DNA of 64,000 nucleotides, taken from positions 384,001 to 448,000 of the forward strand of contig CBDCYI010000009.1 of the NCBI GenBank assembly GCA_965224085.1, read 5' to 3'. Source of the stretch: Candidatus Marinacidobacterales bacterium (GTDB taxonomy: Bacteria > Acidobacteriota > Vicinamibacteria > Marinacidobacterales > SMYC01). Positions 37,238 to 47,548 of the stretch are shown here, in pieces (position 1 is the first letter of the stretch; every line of letters begins with the position of its first letter). Position numbers and translations under genes: made by a program. Below the pieces are notes generated by a model. It was not told the origin of the DNA and made no database searches. It saw only the letters and a list, made by a program, of their open reading frames with translations.

Positions 37238-38158
37238 ATGGACGGTCGTAGAGGCTCCGGCTCGTGGTGGCACGCCGTGGTGTTGTCCGGGTTTTTGCTG
37301 GTGTGCCTTACTCCAGGACATGCCGCGGCGCTCCAAAACACCGTTAAGGGCCGAGTTACTGACGAGGACGGCAACCCTCTCGAAGGCGCCGCCTGTACCT
37401 TCACGCAGCGGGCTCAAAATTTGACGGTCCGGGTCAAGTCCGGCAAGGACGGACGTTTCCTCCGAGCGGGGATACGGAGCGGCCAGTACCGCATCGTCTG
37501 TGAGCTTACCCGATACGCCCACGAGCCCATGGTCACTCAGATTGGAGGCGGGGGCACGGGTTCACTCGAGTTGCGGATGGTCAAGACGGAATCCACCTAT
37601 TACGAGGAGGGATTTCAGGCGTTCTCCGACGGGCGCTTCGAGGAGGCTGTCTCTCTGATGAAGCTTGCCTTGGCCGACGACCCCGACGACGCCCGAGCAG
37701 AATACATCTTGGGCCTCAGCCTAACCGATCTGGGGAAGTACGACGAAGCGCTGGAGCATCTGACGCGTGTGGCAAGCTCTGAAAGCGAGCTGGCGACGAG
37801 CGCCATGCTCAACCTCAGCCTCGGCCAGACGTACCTCCTGATGGGCGATGAAGAGACTGCCGAGAAATACATCCAGAAAGCGGGTAACCCCGCGGCGATA
37901 TCCTCCATGGTTGCCAACGCCGGGACCTGGGCCTTCAACCGCGGACAGTTGGAAAAGGCGGAACGGTATTTCCAGAGGGCACTCCAGGCGAACCCACAAA
38001 ATGTGGACGCGTTATACGGCCTCGGCGTTTGCCACATCAAGGCCAAGCGGACAGATGAGGCCTTGGAAGTCCTCAAAACCCTCCTCTCGACCGCGCCGGA
38101 GCACGAAAAGGCGAAACAAGCGGAAGTTCTCGTCAAGAAGCTCGAAGCTGAACGCTAG
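37238..38158 (+). CDS. Exported carboxypeptidase-regulatory-like domain + TPR protein
   Basis: VKGRVTDEDGNPLEGA...DGRF...GQYRI, followed by several TPR repeats. Confidence 0.88.
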   Translation: MDGRRGSGSWWHAVVLSGFLLVCLTPGHAAALQNTVKGRVTDEDGNPLEGAACTFTQRAQNLTVRVKSGKDGRFLRAGIRSGQYRIVCELTRYAHEPMVTQIGGGGTGSLELRMVKTESTYYEEGFQAFSDGRFEEAVSLMKLALADDPDDARAEYILGLSLTDLGKYDEALEHLTRVASSESELATSAMLNLSLGQTYLLMGDEETAEKYIQKAGNPAAISSMVANAGTWAFNRGQLEKAERYFQRALQANPQNVDALYGLGVCHIKAKRTDEALEVLKTLLSTAPEHEKAKQAEVLVKKLEAER

Positions 38159-38367
38159 GGAACGACCCGCTCGGTTGCCTTCTATCGGGCCAAGCTGGTC
38201 ACATAGTGTCGACGTTAGTTTAGAACCGGTCAGGTCTATCCCAGTGCTTCAAAGGACCAATGGAGCGAGTATGGTTTGGAACACGTCTCGCAGCGGGTCC
38301 CGTCCCCTGAGCGTCTGTGGGAAAAAACGACGCGATTCCCCTGGATGTAGCATGAAAATTGTGGCTC

Positions 38368-39696
38368 TTACCTGAAACTCAAGTCGCTATAATTTCTTCC
38401 GCCGACCATCAAGAAGTTCACGTTCCTCAAATCCCGGATGTTTTCGTCAGGCTTTCCCTGTATGGATATGATATCCGCGTATTTTCCCTTCTCGATGGTT
38501 CCTACATCGGCATCGATTCCGACGACCTGCGCGTTGATCCCAGTGGCAGCAGTAATCGCCTCCAAAGGGCTGAAGCCGGCTTTGACGAGGTTCTCCATTT
38601 CGAGCGCCATTAGACCATGCATGCTGTCCGTTCCGATGCCAACGAGGACCCCTTTTTCCTTCGCTCTTTTCAGCTGGCTCCAACGTTGCTTGACGCGACT
38701 GGCCCTTCGTTCGCTTTCGGCAATCGCTTCCTGATGAACTTTTGCGCATCTGTCGATCCACGCCTCGATACTCCGGGCCTCGTTGTCCAAAAACTCCCAT
38801 TCGTCGAATACCCTTTGGAAGCCGATCGTATACGTGTTCACGAATCCAACGCTCCGGTCCACCAAAAGATTCATAAGATCTTCATTGAGCCCTCCCCCGT
38901 GCTGGATCGAATCGACACCGGCTTCCACCGCCAGCCGAATCGACTCGCCGTTTGCGTGCGCCGTCGCTTCTATCCCGAGGCGGTGCAGCTCACCGATGGC
39001 TGCCTCGATCTCTTCCGTCGTATAGTTGGACTCTCCCGGGGCGTAGGGTGTACCGGTGTTCGGGCCGACCCGTGCCCGATCGGTGACCGTCAGCTTCATG
39101 TGGTGAGCGCCCATCTCGTAATTTTTGCGGACAAAGACCCTCATCTCCCAAGGCCCATTTGTCGTTCGATACTCGGCGGGTCCATGACCAGCGGTAGTCG
39201 AAATAAAGTTTCCGCTTGGGTAGATCCGAGGACCCGCAATAATTCCGTCATCCACCGCTTCGCTGGCATGTATGTCGTTGTAGTGGACTTCGCCCACAAC
39301 GTAGAGGCTGGTTACACCTGACAGCAGTTGCACCCGTATATCGCGAACGATTCGTGCCATTTGTTTGGCGTCAGCCTGGGTCATGCCCTCGAGCTGGCCT
39401 TGCAAAGTGCGGGTATCTGGGCGAATGGACAAGTGAGCGTGGGCGTCCACGATACCGGGCATCACAGTCTCCTGGCTCAGGTCTATGATTCGTGCCCCCT
39501 GGGGAACGGAAATGGCCCTTCCCACCGCCTCGATGCGATCTCCTCTAATAATGATGACGGCATTCTCGACCGCAGGCGCCCCCGAACCGTCAATCAACCG
39601 ACCTGCCCGGATCGCCGTCACTTCTTGCCCACTGACCATTGCCGTGCAAAGAATGAGGACGGAACTCAGCAAGAAAGATCCAGTCATGATTCGCAT
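38368..39696 (-). CDS. Exported amidohydrolase (Xaa-Pro dipeptidase-like subtype)
   Basis: AIRAGRLIDG, PGIVDAHAH, TAGHG, MKL, AHA, IQHG, GTDS, GTIEKGKYADII. Confidence 0.93.
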   Translation of the reverse strand: MRIMTGSFLLSSVLILCTAMVSGQEVTAIRAGRLIDGSGAPAVENAVIIIRGDRIEAVGRAISVPQGARIIDLSQETVMPGIVDAHAHLSIRPDTRTLQGQLEGMTQADAKQMARIVRDIRVQLLSGVTSLYVVGEVHYNDIHASEAVDDGIIAGPRIYPSGNFISTTAGHGPAEYRTTNGPWEMRVFVRKNYEMGAHHMKLTVTDRARVGPNTGTPYAPGESNYTTEEIEAAIGELHRLGIEATAHANGESIRLAVEAGVDSIQHGGGLNEDLMNLLVDRSVGFVNTYTIGFQRVFDEWEFLDNEARSIEAWIDRCAKVHQEAIAESERRASRVKQRWSQLKRAKEKGVLVGIGTDSMHGLMALEMENLVKAGFSPLEAITAATGINAQVVGIDADVGTIEKGKYADIISIQGKPDENIRDLRNVNFLMVGGRNYSDLSFR

Positions 39697-40055
39697 AATT
39701 CCCTCTCCTTACTCAAAAATGAATATAGTAATAACCAAGAGCTGTGAATTGGCTGATTGAACAAAGGCGATATATCCGCGCACGAACTCTGAAACGGAAA
39801 CCCGGTTTGCCGAAGCGGAGGAAGAAGGCGCCATCGGTGCTGAGGATACAAGATCCATCCAAGGAAAAGAGGAGAATTTCGATGGACCGGAGCGCGGGAA
39901 AAACCTCGGCGCGTGCTGGTCGAGGCAGTCGAGATGGGCTGCGGCGCGAGACACGGCGGGTGAATGACAAACCAGTGATCGACAAAGAACAGGAACCATC
40001 GTTTCTTTCGAAACGGGCGCGGTCGAGCAGAGCGAAAAGACAGGAGATTTAGAAG

Positions 40056-41730
40056 ATGCTTTACGATCGCCCTTTGAACCCGAACAAGACCAATCCGAAC
40101 CGGCACCTGCTCCTCCTCATCGTGTTCGCCAGCTTCCCGCTCGTGTCGGTTTGTTGCTCTTATCCGGAGGCGGAATCGGCGCGAGAAGCCTACCAATACG
40201 ATCTCTTGCTCAAGGGCGGAACCGTCGTAGACGGATCGGGTTCGTCCCGTTTTCAAGCGGACGTCGGAGTCCGGGGGGACAGGATTGTGCGCGTCGACCG
40301 GGACGGAATTCCGCCCGACGAAGCCGCACGGGTGCTGGATGCCGAAGGCCTGATTGTAGCACCTGGCTTTCTCGACCATCATGCCCACATTCAGGTGCGA
40401 ATCCATGAACATCCTCTGGCGGAAAATTTTATCCGCCAGGGAATCACCACGATTCTTGCCTCTTTGCACAGCGGTCGCCAACCTTATCCACTTGACGAGT
40501 ATGCGCGTTCTTTGAAGATTGCACCGAATGTGGGGTTTTTTGCGGGTCACAGCTGGACCCGCCGTCAGGTGCTCGGCATGGATAACCGGGAGCCCACTTC
40601 GGAGGAGTTCGAGCGCATGAAAGGGCTTGTCGAAGAGTCGATGCAGCAGGGCGCTTTGGGACTCTCCACCGGTCTCCTTTATGTACCGGCCAATTACGCC
40701 AAGACCGGGGAAGTTATAGAACTGGCGAAGGTCGCGGCACGCTATGGAGGCGTCTACTACACGCACATGAGAGACGAGGGACGCGGGCTTTTGGATGCCG
40801 TCGCCGAGGCCATCAGAATTGGGAGAGAAGCGGGGATTCCCGTGGAGATACAGCATCACAAGGCGATGGGTGCGGCTCAATGGGGTTGGACTGAGAAGAC
40901 GCTAGCCATGATCGATAAAGCCCGCGAAGAAGGCTTGGACGTCAAACATGATCTCTATCCCTACACTGCCGGAAGCACCGGATCGAGTGTGCTTTTCCCT
41001 CAGTGGTCTTTGGCCGGAGGTCCGGAGAAGTTTCGGGAACGCATTGAAGAACCGGAAACTCGTGCCCGCATCGAAGCCAAAATGAAAGAGATGTTCGAGA
41101 CCGAGTGGGTGGGCGACGATCTGGCGCGGATCCAGTTCCGACGCCTCCGTTCGGACCCACGATACGACGGTAAGACGCTGGCCGACTTGGCTGCCCATCG
41201 CGGGATGCCCAACACGGTTGCGTCGGGAATCCAGCTGGTCATCGAGCTCCAGCTCGCGGGCGGGTTCAGCGCCATTTACCACTTTATGGACGAAGAGGAC
41301 GTCAAGAGAGTGATGCGCCATCCCTTCGCGATGTTCCAGACTGACGGGGATCCGACCAGCTACGGCAAGGGTTTTCCGCATCCCCGGAGCTATGGCGCTT
41401 TTCCTCGGGTGCTGGCGCGATTTGTTCGCGAGCTCGGTGTGCTGGAGCTCGAAGATGCCATCCGGCGCATGACCCATGCCTCGATGATGCAGATTGGTCA
41501 GACGGAGAGGGGCTTGATCAAGGAAGGAATGTACGCAGACATTACCGTCTTTGACTTTGATCGGATTCAGGATCTGGCCACTTATACTGATCCTCACCGC
41601 TACTTCGGTGGGAATCGAGCATGTCATCGTCAACGGTGTCCCGATTATCGACGGCGCTCGATTGACCGGCGAGAAACCTGGGCGAGTTTTGGTAGGACCG
41701 GCGAGACCAAAAGATCCCGGCAAGACCTAG
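40056..41730 (+). CDS. N-acyl-D-amino-acid deacylase (D-aminoacylase) with a +1 frameshift near 41606
   Basis: APGFLDHHAH, GLSTGLLYVP, YYTHMRDE, HHKA, YPYTAGST, PHPRSYGAFPRVL; the tail GIEHVIVNG...GEKPGRVL is in another frame. Confidence 0.88.
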
Positions 41731-41895
41731 CTTAGTGACTTAACTAACTAGTACCCGTCCTGACAGGTGTAAGAGGTTGAGAAAAAAGGGGTAATCGCAA
41801 ATTTAGGGCTAGCCTTCTGAGGGAGTGTCGTTTAGTATCGAGTCGACAAAAACGCAGATTCTAAACGACTTAACTCCAAAGGAGACCAGCCCTAA

Positions 41896-43035
41896 ATGCG
41901 AAAAACGATCAACCCACAACCAAGCCTTCGCGAGCCCTGGCTGGAGCTGGAGTACGCACGCGAGCTCGAAACGATATCATCGCTGCTCGATGCCCATCCT
42001 AAGCTCAATGAGCTGGTACTGCAAGACCTGAGGTCGGTCACCCCATCGGCAGGGAGCGATGTTGGTCGTGGGGGAATGAGCGCGGAGCAGGTTCTCCGGG
42101 CGTTGTTGGTCAAGCAGCTGAATCAGTTCACCTATCGGGAGCTGGCGTTTCACTTGGCAGACTCTCGAAGCTATCGGACGTTTTGCCAGCTCGGCATCAT
42201 AGAGCCGAGCCCGTCGAAGTCGACCCTAGCAGCAAACATCAAAGCCGTGAAGTTCGAAACGCTGGAGAAAATCAACCGAGAGTTGGTGAGTGTTGCCGAG
42301 AAGACCGCGATCGAAAAAGGAAGAAAAGTACGAGTGGACTGCACGGTAGTGGAGTCGAATATTCATTCTCCTACGGACTCCGAGCTTCTTTATGACTGCG
42401 TCCGAGTTCTCACTCGCCTCATGTGCCGAACTCGCGAACTGCTGGGTACAGTAGTGGTCTTCGGCAATCGAACGCGTCGAGCGAAGAGACGTCGACTGGG
42501 AGTTCTAAACGCGAAGGATAAGGAACAAAGGCGTCGCGTCTATCGAGATCTACTGAAGGTGTCGGAAGAAACCTATCGCTCCGCTCAACGCGTTGCAGAC
42601 CAGTTGGACGAGTCCGGCTTGACCGAGCCGGTGAAGCGAGCGAGTGCGGAGAAGATCGCCGCGGATTTTAAGCACTTTCTCATCCTCACCGAAAAAGTCA
42701 TCAACCAAACTCGGCGTAGAGTGATTGATGAAGAGCGTGTGCCTGCGGAGGAAAATGTCGTTTCGATCTTCGAAGAACACACCGACATTATTCGCAAAGA
42801 CCGGCGCGAGACTCTCTACGGTCACAAGGTGTGTTTGACTGGTGGCTCGTCCTCGATGATTTTGGATTGCGTGATCTTGGATGGGAATCCGTCCGATTCA
42901 ACTCTCGCGGAAACCATGATCGACCGTCAAGTCGAACTCTACGAACGGGCCCCGATTGCTGACGATTCGCCTCTCGTTTCGTCCAAGATTTTCATTCGCT
43001 TCCGAGCCTACGAGGTGCCGACTGAAAACGTATAA
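41896..43035 (+). pseudogene. ISNCY-family transposase, C-terminally truncated
   Basis: GMSAEQVLR, YRELAFHL.DS, VRVDCTVVESNIH.PTDS.LL, VSIFE.HTDIIRK, GHKV, GNP.D; homology appears lost after ~42955. Confidence 0.8.
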
Positions 43036-43094
43036 TACCCACATCTTCGATAGGCCTCTCGTACACCACAAGTTATGGTGTTTCTGGACAGGAA

Positions 43095-43634
43095 GTGAAC
43101 AACCACCGCCTAGAAGGCGGTGGCTTCAAGGGCTGTCAATTGGAAATTGACTGTCGTCGTGAAGAGGCTCGCCATCCTGGGAGTCTATGTACTCCTTTAC
43201 CATCTCGTCCGTTATGCTTCCTGAACTCACCGCCAGATATCCTCGGGCCCAGAAGTGCCGGCCCCAAAACTTCTTCCTCAGGTGAGCAAACTCCTGAAGG
43301 AGTACTCGGGAGCTTATTCCTTTTAGCCACTGCACGATCGTACTCAGGTCCTGGTGTGGTCGGTAGGATACGAACACGTGGACGTGGTCGCGTGCAACCT
43401 TACCCGAGATTATGTGCAGCTCATGTTCCATCGCGATCTGACGAATCAGATCGCGCACACGAACCGCTACTGGACCGATCAAAACCTTTTTACGATATTT
43501 CGGTATCCAAACGATGTGCGCTTTTAGGTCCGTTTTCGTGTGCGCTCCGTGCCTGTAGTGACGCACGCGACCACAATACCACGATCTTCTCTTCGCCTAA
43601 AGGCGAGGGGTTTCGACCATCCCCGGAAGAGACA
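43095..43634 (-). mobile_element. IS200-like element (tnpA only), copy 1
   Basis: Ends defined by comparison with the copy at 57779-58319; hairpin CCACCGCCTAGAAGGCGGTGG; TTAG 5' of the left end; right end TCAC. Confidence 0.9.
43126..43566 (-). CDS. tnpA: IS200/IS605 Y1 HUH transposase
   Basis: HIVWIPKYRK, DHVH, LKGISS, FWARGY, EYI..Q. Confidence 0.95.
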   Translation of the reverse strand: MRHYRHGAHTKTDLKAHIVWIPKYRKKVLIGPVAVRVRDLIRQIAMEHELHIISGKVARDHVHVFVSYRPHQDLSTIVQWLKGISSRVLLQEFAHLRKKFWGRHFWARGYLAVSSGSITDEMVKEYIDSQDGEPLHDDSQFPIDSP

Positions 43635-43885
43635 CTAAACTAACCAGCTTCACACGGGGCGGTTCCGGCTACGTCATCAAAAAAAAATAACCACTCTGGT
43701 AGTGCAAAGTGGCAGGATCCCCGCCGGTTCGTTGAATCGGGATCCTGGATTGAAGGAGATCCACGTTGTTGGATCAAGAATCCGTAACTTTGGAGATATT
43801 CGAATGAACACCCACCAACTGTCGCTTTGGACGGCGTATCTTATTGAAAAATCTACTCAAACTAATCTCAACGGAGAAGTCTTGA

Positions 43886-43904
43886 ATCGGAACAGGGCTT
43901 GCAT
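43886..43904 (+). promoter_or_regulatory. Candidate sigma54 promoter upstream of the TonB-dependent receptor
   Basis: CGGAACAGGGCTTGCA, GG-N10-GC spacing, about 100 bp upstream of the start codon. Confidence 0.4.
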
Positions 43905-44004
43905 GCCAGATTCTTCTTTAGTATCGATATCGTATCCGACGGCATCGACACGTCCCGGCCCAGGGACCACGGAGCCCCAGAAGCCGAGACTAAGGAGTAC
44001 GTAA

Positions 44005-46815
44005 ATGAGACGTTATATCACTTTCCCACAAATTTTTACAGCACTTATAGCGTTGGCGACCTGCGTCAGCTTGACGCCAGCGCTTTACGCTCAAGTGGCA
44101 TCGTCCGGGGTCTCGGGAAGGGTCACGGACGACACCGGAGGGCTCCTCCCCGGCGTGTCGCTGACCCTGACCAACGTGGCCACCAACCAGTCGCTAACGG
44201 TGGTAACCAATCAGGACGGATTCTATCGGTTTGGGAACCTTACGCCCGGCAACTACACGTTCGTGGCCGAACTCACCGGGTTTGCCACGTACAACCGTGA
44301 CGAGTTCATGGTCAATGTCGGAGGGGGGGTCGACCTGAGCTTCGTGATGCAGCTCTCATCCGTCGAGGAAACGGTGACGGTCACCGGCGAATCGCCGATC
44401 ATCGAGATCGCGAAAACAGACATGAGCACCGTCATTGGCTTGCAGGAAATCGAGACCCTCCCCACCAGCAGCCGGAATTACCTCGACTTCGCGCTCCTCA
44501 CCCCGGGCTCGGTGGAGAACAACAGCACGACCGGGCAGGGCATTGGTTTGAACATTGGCGGTGCCCGCGCCAAGGAGGGTGCCCTCCTGGTGGACGGATT
44601 CTGGAACACGGACGAGTCCTTCACCTTCGTGCGGCTCAAGTATAGCCAGGACTCGATTGCCGAGTTCGAGGTCGTCACCTTGGGAGCTCAGGCCGAGTAC
44701 GGTCGTGCCATCGGCGGCATCATCAACGCTGTCACGAAACAGGGCGGCAATCTGGTCACCGGCTCGGGATACGGGTTTTTCCGGAACAAGAGCTTCAACT
44801 CACAGGATCCCCTGTCGCGAGATCGGGGCGCCGAGAAGGCGGAGTTCGACCGCCAGCTCTATGGGGCAAGCTTCGGAGGCCCCATCGTCCGCGATCGCAC
44901 CTTCTTTTTCGGCTCGGTGGAGCGCGTACAGCAGGATACGCCGCTGGACAACAGCATCACCGCAGAGAATGCGGCCATTATCGGCTTGCCCGCGGAAGAC
45001 GTGGGCTCCATCGACAGGCCCCTCCGGGACACGTTCTTTATGGGGAAGGTCACCCACCAATTGAACCAAAATCATTCGATTCAGGGCAGCTACGTCTATA
45101 CCAAGGACTCGTTTATCTGCTGCTCAAACGCTTTTCGCACGCGATCGCAGACCTTCAATCTGAGGTCAACGGACCAGGCCTTTCAATTCCAATGGACCGG
45201 CGTCACGCGGGAAGGTAACTGGCTGCATCAGCTCCGGGCCTCTTACTTTCCGCGCGATTACAATCTGCAAAACCCCGACCTAGGCGGCCCTCCGCTGACG
45301 GCGGACGGGGAGCTCAGGTCAAGCTTCGCCCCGTCCGTGAACATCTCGAGTGTGGCTCGGTTCGGTAGCGGCAAATTCACCCTCGCCATGGAGACGCGCC
45401 CTTACCACATTACCTACAACTCCACCATCTTCAAGGACAATCATAGCTGGAAGTTCGGAGTGGACGGTATGTTCGTGGGCTTCGACTACATCCGCAATCC
45501 GGGACCGCAAACGGGATCTTACACCTTTCGCAATATCGATGATTTTCAACGAGGCGCGTACAGCCGTTACACTCAGCAGTTCGGGGAGCCGCTGGTGGAG
45601 CGCTATCACTCGTACGTTGCTTTGTTCCTGCAGGATACGTGGAACGTGAACGACCGCCTGACCTTGAACTATGGCATTCGCTACGACGTGGAGTTTCTCT
45701 CCGAGTTCAAGGGCCAGAATTACGGCGAAGACTACGGCAACATCGGTCCGCGGTTCGGCCTCTCTTACGACCTCACGGGCGAAGCGAAGACCCTGTTCAA
45801 GTTTGGCGCCGGCCTCTACTACGATCGGATATTCCAGAATCCCATCACGCCTACTTACTTCGACAACAAGGAAGTGGGTATCCAGGTGGGGGCCACCTGG
45901 ACCCCAGGCACGCCCGGCGCTCCTACCTATCCCAACACGTTTCCCAACGATTTGCTTGCCAGCGGGACGCTTCCGCTGAACGTGCGGAACGTGCACATCG
46001 TTCCCCCACCGGGCGGCGAGCCGGGCAACATGCAAGTGCCGACCTCTTTTCAGCTGATCACCACGGTGGACCATGCCTGGAATGACAACTTCGCTTCCAG
46101 CGTGAGCTTCGCCTATACCGACTCCTGGGACAAAGAGCTCTTCTTCGATCGAAACTTGGCGTTCGACGAGGCAGCAGGCCAGTTCATCCGGCCCGACCCC
46201 AACTTTCGAAGGATTAACCAGTATGTCTATTCCGGAATAGCGGAGTATTTCGGTCTCATCCTGGAATCGAAGTATCGCGCCCGCAATTTTCGAATCGGCG
46301 GCCACGTGACCTTCGCGGACGCGACGGACCAGCTCCAGAATGCAATCAGGGTCCCGATCAACGACGTTCGTTTTCCGGAGTTAGATATCGGCCCGATGGC
46401 CGACACCCCCACCGTCCGAGCCGTGGTCTACGGCAGCTGGGATATCAACACCTACAACGCGGTCTCTTTCATCTATCAGGGTCGTACCGGCTATCGGATC
46501 GACCCGCGTGTAGGCGGTGGGTTCGACCCGAACGGCGACGGAACATTCAACGATCGCACCCCGGGGCTTTTGCGGAATAGCTTTACGGGAGGTGGCGTTC
46601 AACATGTATCCGCCCGTTACACTCTTAAGGTTCCCATCGACAGGGGGCGGGTGGAGTTCACGGTCGAGGCGTTCAATCTCTTCAACCGGGATAACCCACT
46701 TGGATTCAACAGCCAGTATGGGCTAGACGCCGCCAATCCGCTCCCGCAGTTCGGAACCACGACGGCTTTCTTGAACCCCCGGGAAATCCAGCTCGGCGTC
46801 CGGATCGCTTTCTAG
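44005..46815 (+). CDS. TonB-dependent receptor (Oar-like, N-terminal carboxypeptidase-regulatory domain)
   Basis: VSGRVTDDTGG.LPGV, ETVTVTGESP, RNY..FALLTPG, AEYGRA.GG, QDTW...RLTLNYGIRYD, C-terminal PREIQLGVRIAF. Confidence 0.95.
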   Translation: MRRYITFPQIFTALIALATCVSLTPALYAQVASSGVSGRVTDDTGGLLPGVSLTLTNVATNQSLTVVTNQDGFYRFGNLTPGNYTFVAELTGFATYNRDEFMVNVGGGVDLSFVMQLSSVEETVTVTGESPIIEIAKTDMSTVIGLQEIETLPTSSRNYLDFALLTPGSVENNSTTGQGIGLNIGGARAKEGALLVDGFWNTDESFTFVRLKYSQDSIAEFEVVTLGAQAEYGRAIGGIINAVTKQGGNLVTGSGYGFFRNKSFNSQDPLSRDRGAEKAEFDRQLYGASFGGPIVRDRTFFFGSVERVQQDTPLDNSITAENAAIIGLPAEDVGSIDRPLRDTFFMGKVTHQLNQNHSIQGSYVYTKDSFICCSNAFRTRSQTFNLRSTDQAFQFQWTGVTREGNWLHQLRASYFPRDYNLQNPDLGGPPLTADGELRSSFAPSVNISSVARFGSGKFTLAMETRPYHITYNSTIFKDNHSWKFGVDGMFVGFDYIRNPGPQTGSYTFRNIDDFQRGAYSRYTQQFGEPLVERYHSYVALFLQDTWNVNDRLTLNYGIRYDVEFLSEFKGQNYGEDYGNIGPRFGLSYDLTGEAKTLFKFGAGLYYDRIFQNPITPTYFDNKEVGIQVGATWTPGTPGAPTYPNTFPNDLLASGTLPLNVRNVHIVPPPGGEPGNMQVPTSFQLITTVDHAWNDNFASSVSFAYTDSWDKELFFDRNLAFDEAAGQFIRPDPNFRRINQYVYSGIAEYFGLILESKYRARNFRIGGHVTFADATDQLQNAIRVPINDVRFPELDIGPMADTPTVRAVVYGSWDINTYNAVSFIYQGRTGYRIDPRVGGGFDPNGDGTFNDRTPGLLRNSFTGGGVQHVSARYTLKVPIDRGRVEFTVEAFNLFNRDNPLGFNSQYGLDAANPLPQFGTTTAFLNPREIQLGVRIAF

Positions 46816-46846
46816 GAGCTCTTGGTTGGGTTGAAGGGAGGTCGTC

Positions 46847-47244
46847 ATGCCGGTCACGCGCCGCAGGTTTCTCACGGCGGCCGGCGTGATACCTCCCTTC
46901 GACGATCTCACCTCCTCTGACCGGGCCGGCGGCCAGCTTCTCGAGGAAAGCTTCGAAAGCGGAACGAGGCCGAGATCGTGCTGACCCTCGTCGGGGATTT
47001 TTACCTGATGAGGGAGTTTCCCGATCATGAGGAGGCCGCCGCGGAACAGGGTTTTGACCTGTTCCCAGGGTCGCACCTTGCCTTCATAAGCCTCGGGAAC
47101 GGTCTTTCCACGGCGGAGGCGAGTGGGTTTCCGAGCGTCGATTGGGGAGGCGGTCTGCGGGTCCCGTCGCTTCGCGGCCACCCCTCGTTCGTCAAAGAGC
47201 TGACCTGGTCCGGTGTCAACGCCGTTGCGCTTGCCAACCATCAC
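46847..47244 (+). pseudogene. Degenerate 5' duplicate of the CapA-family gene at 49078
   Basis: Aligns with 49078-49500 with small deletions; stops after ANHH. Confidence 0.85.
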
Positions 47245-47280
47245 CCGGGAAACACATGAAATGGCAGGTTAGTGAGGACA

Positions 47281-47481
47281 TGGTCGTGGTAGGGTAACCC
47301 GCTGTTCAACATCGTGGCGCTGGCGGACGTGGAAATCGTTGTCAAAGACGGAGTCGTGTACAAGGGCGGTCCCGGAGGCCGGGGGCGGGTGACCGAGAGC
47401 GAGCCATAAAGAGCTTGGTCCGCGGAGCGGAAAGCGGCGGTCATGTCACCCAGCCAAGTATCAGCCAAGCCATGAAAATGC
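47281..47481 (+). repeat. Duplicate of the amidohydrolase A4 3' end and downstream spacer
   Basis: GNPLFNIVALADVEIVVKDGVVYKGGPGGRGRVTESEP* plus spacer matches ~48797-48997. Confidence 0.85.
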
Positions 47482-47548
47482 AAGGTCCGTGAAAGAGCCG
47501 ATATTTGGATGCGGTTTCGGTGGAGCTTTCCGGAGAGGAGGAAGCACG

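Larger units (their letters stand above)
41749..43637 (+). mobile_element. ISNCY-type insertion sequence, internally deleted, with an IS200 in its right inverted repeat
   Basis: Imperfect IRs TAGTACCCGTCCTGA and (reconstructed) TCTGGACAGGAA/CTA; 7-bp target duplication AACTAAC at 41742-41748 and 43638-43644. Confidence 0.8.

Noticed and set aside
39684-40880. 398-aa minus-strand ORF and similar long antisense ORFs (16544-17686, 45319-46305, 61136-62353)
   Set aside because: Shadow ORFs opposite well-supported genes in GC-rich DNA, with no motifs.
43095-43634. TnpB/IscB RNA-guided nuclease associated with the IS200 elements
   Set aside because: The elements are only about 540-630 bp and contain tnpA alone.
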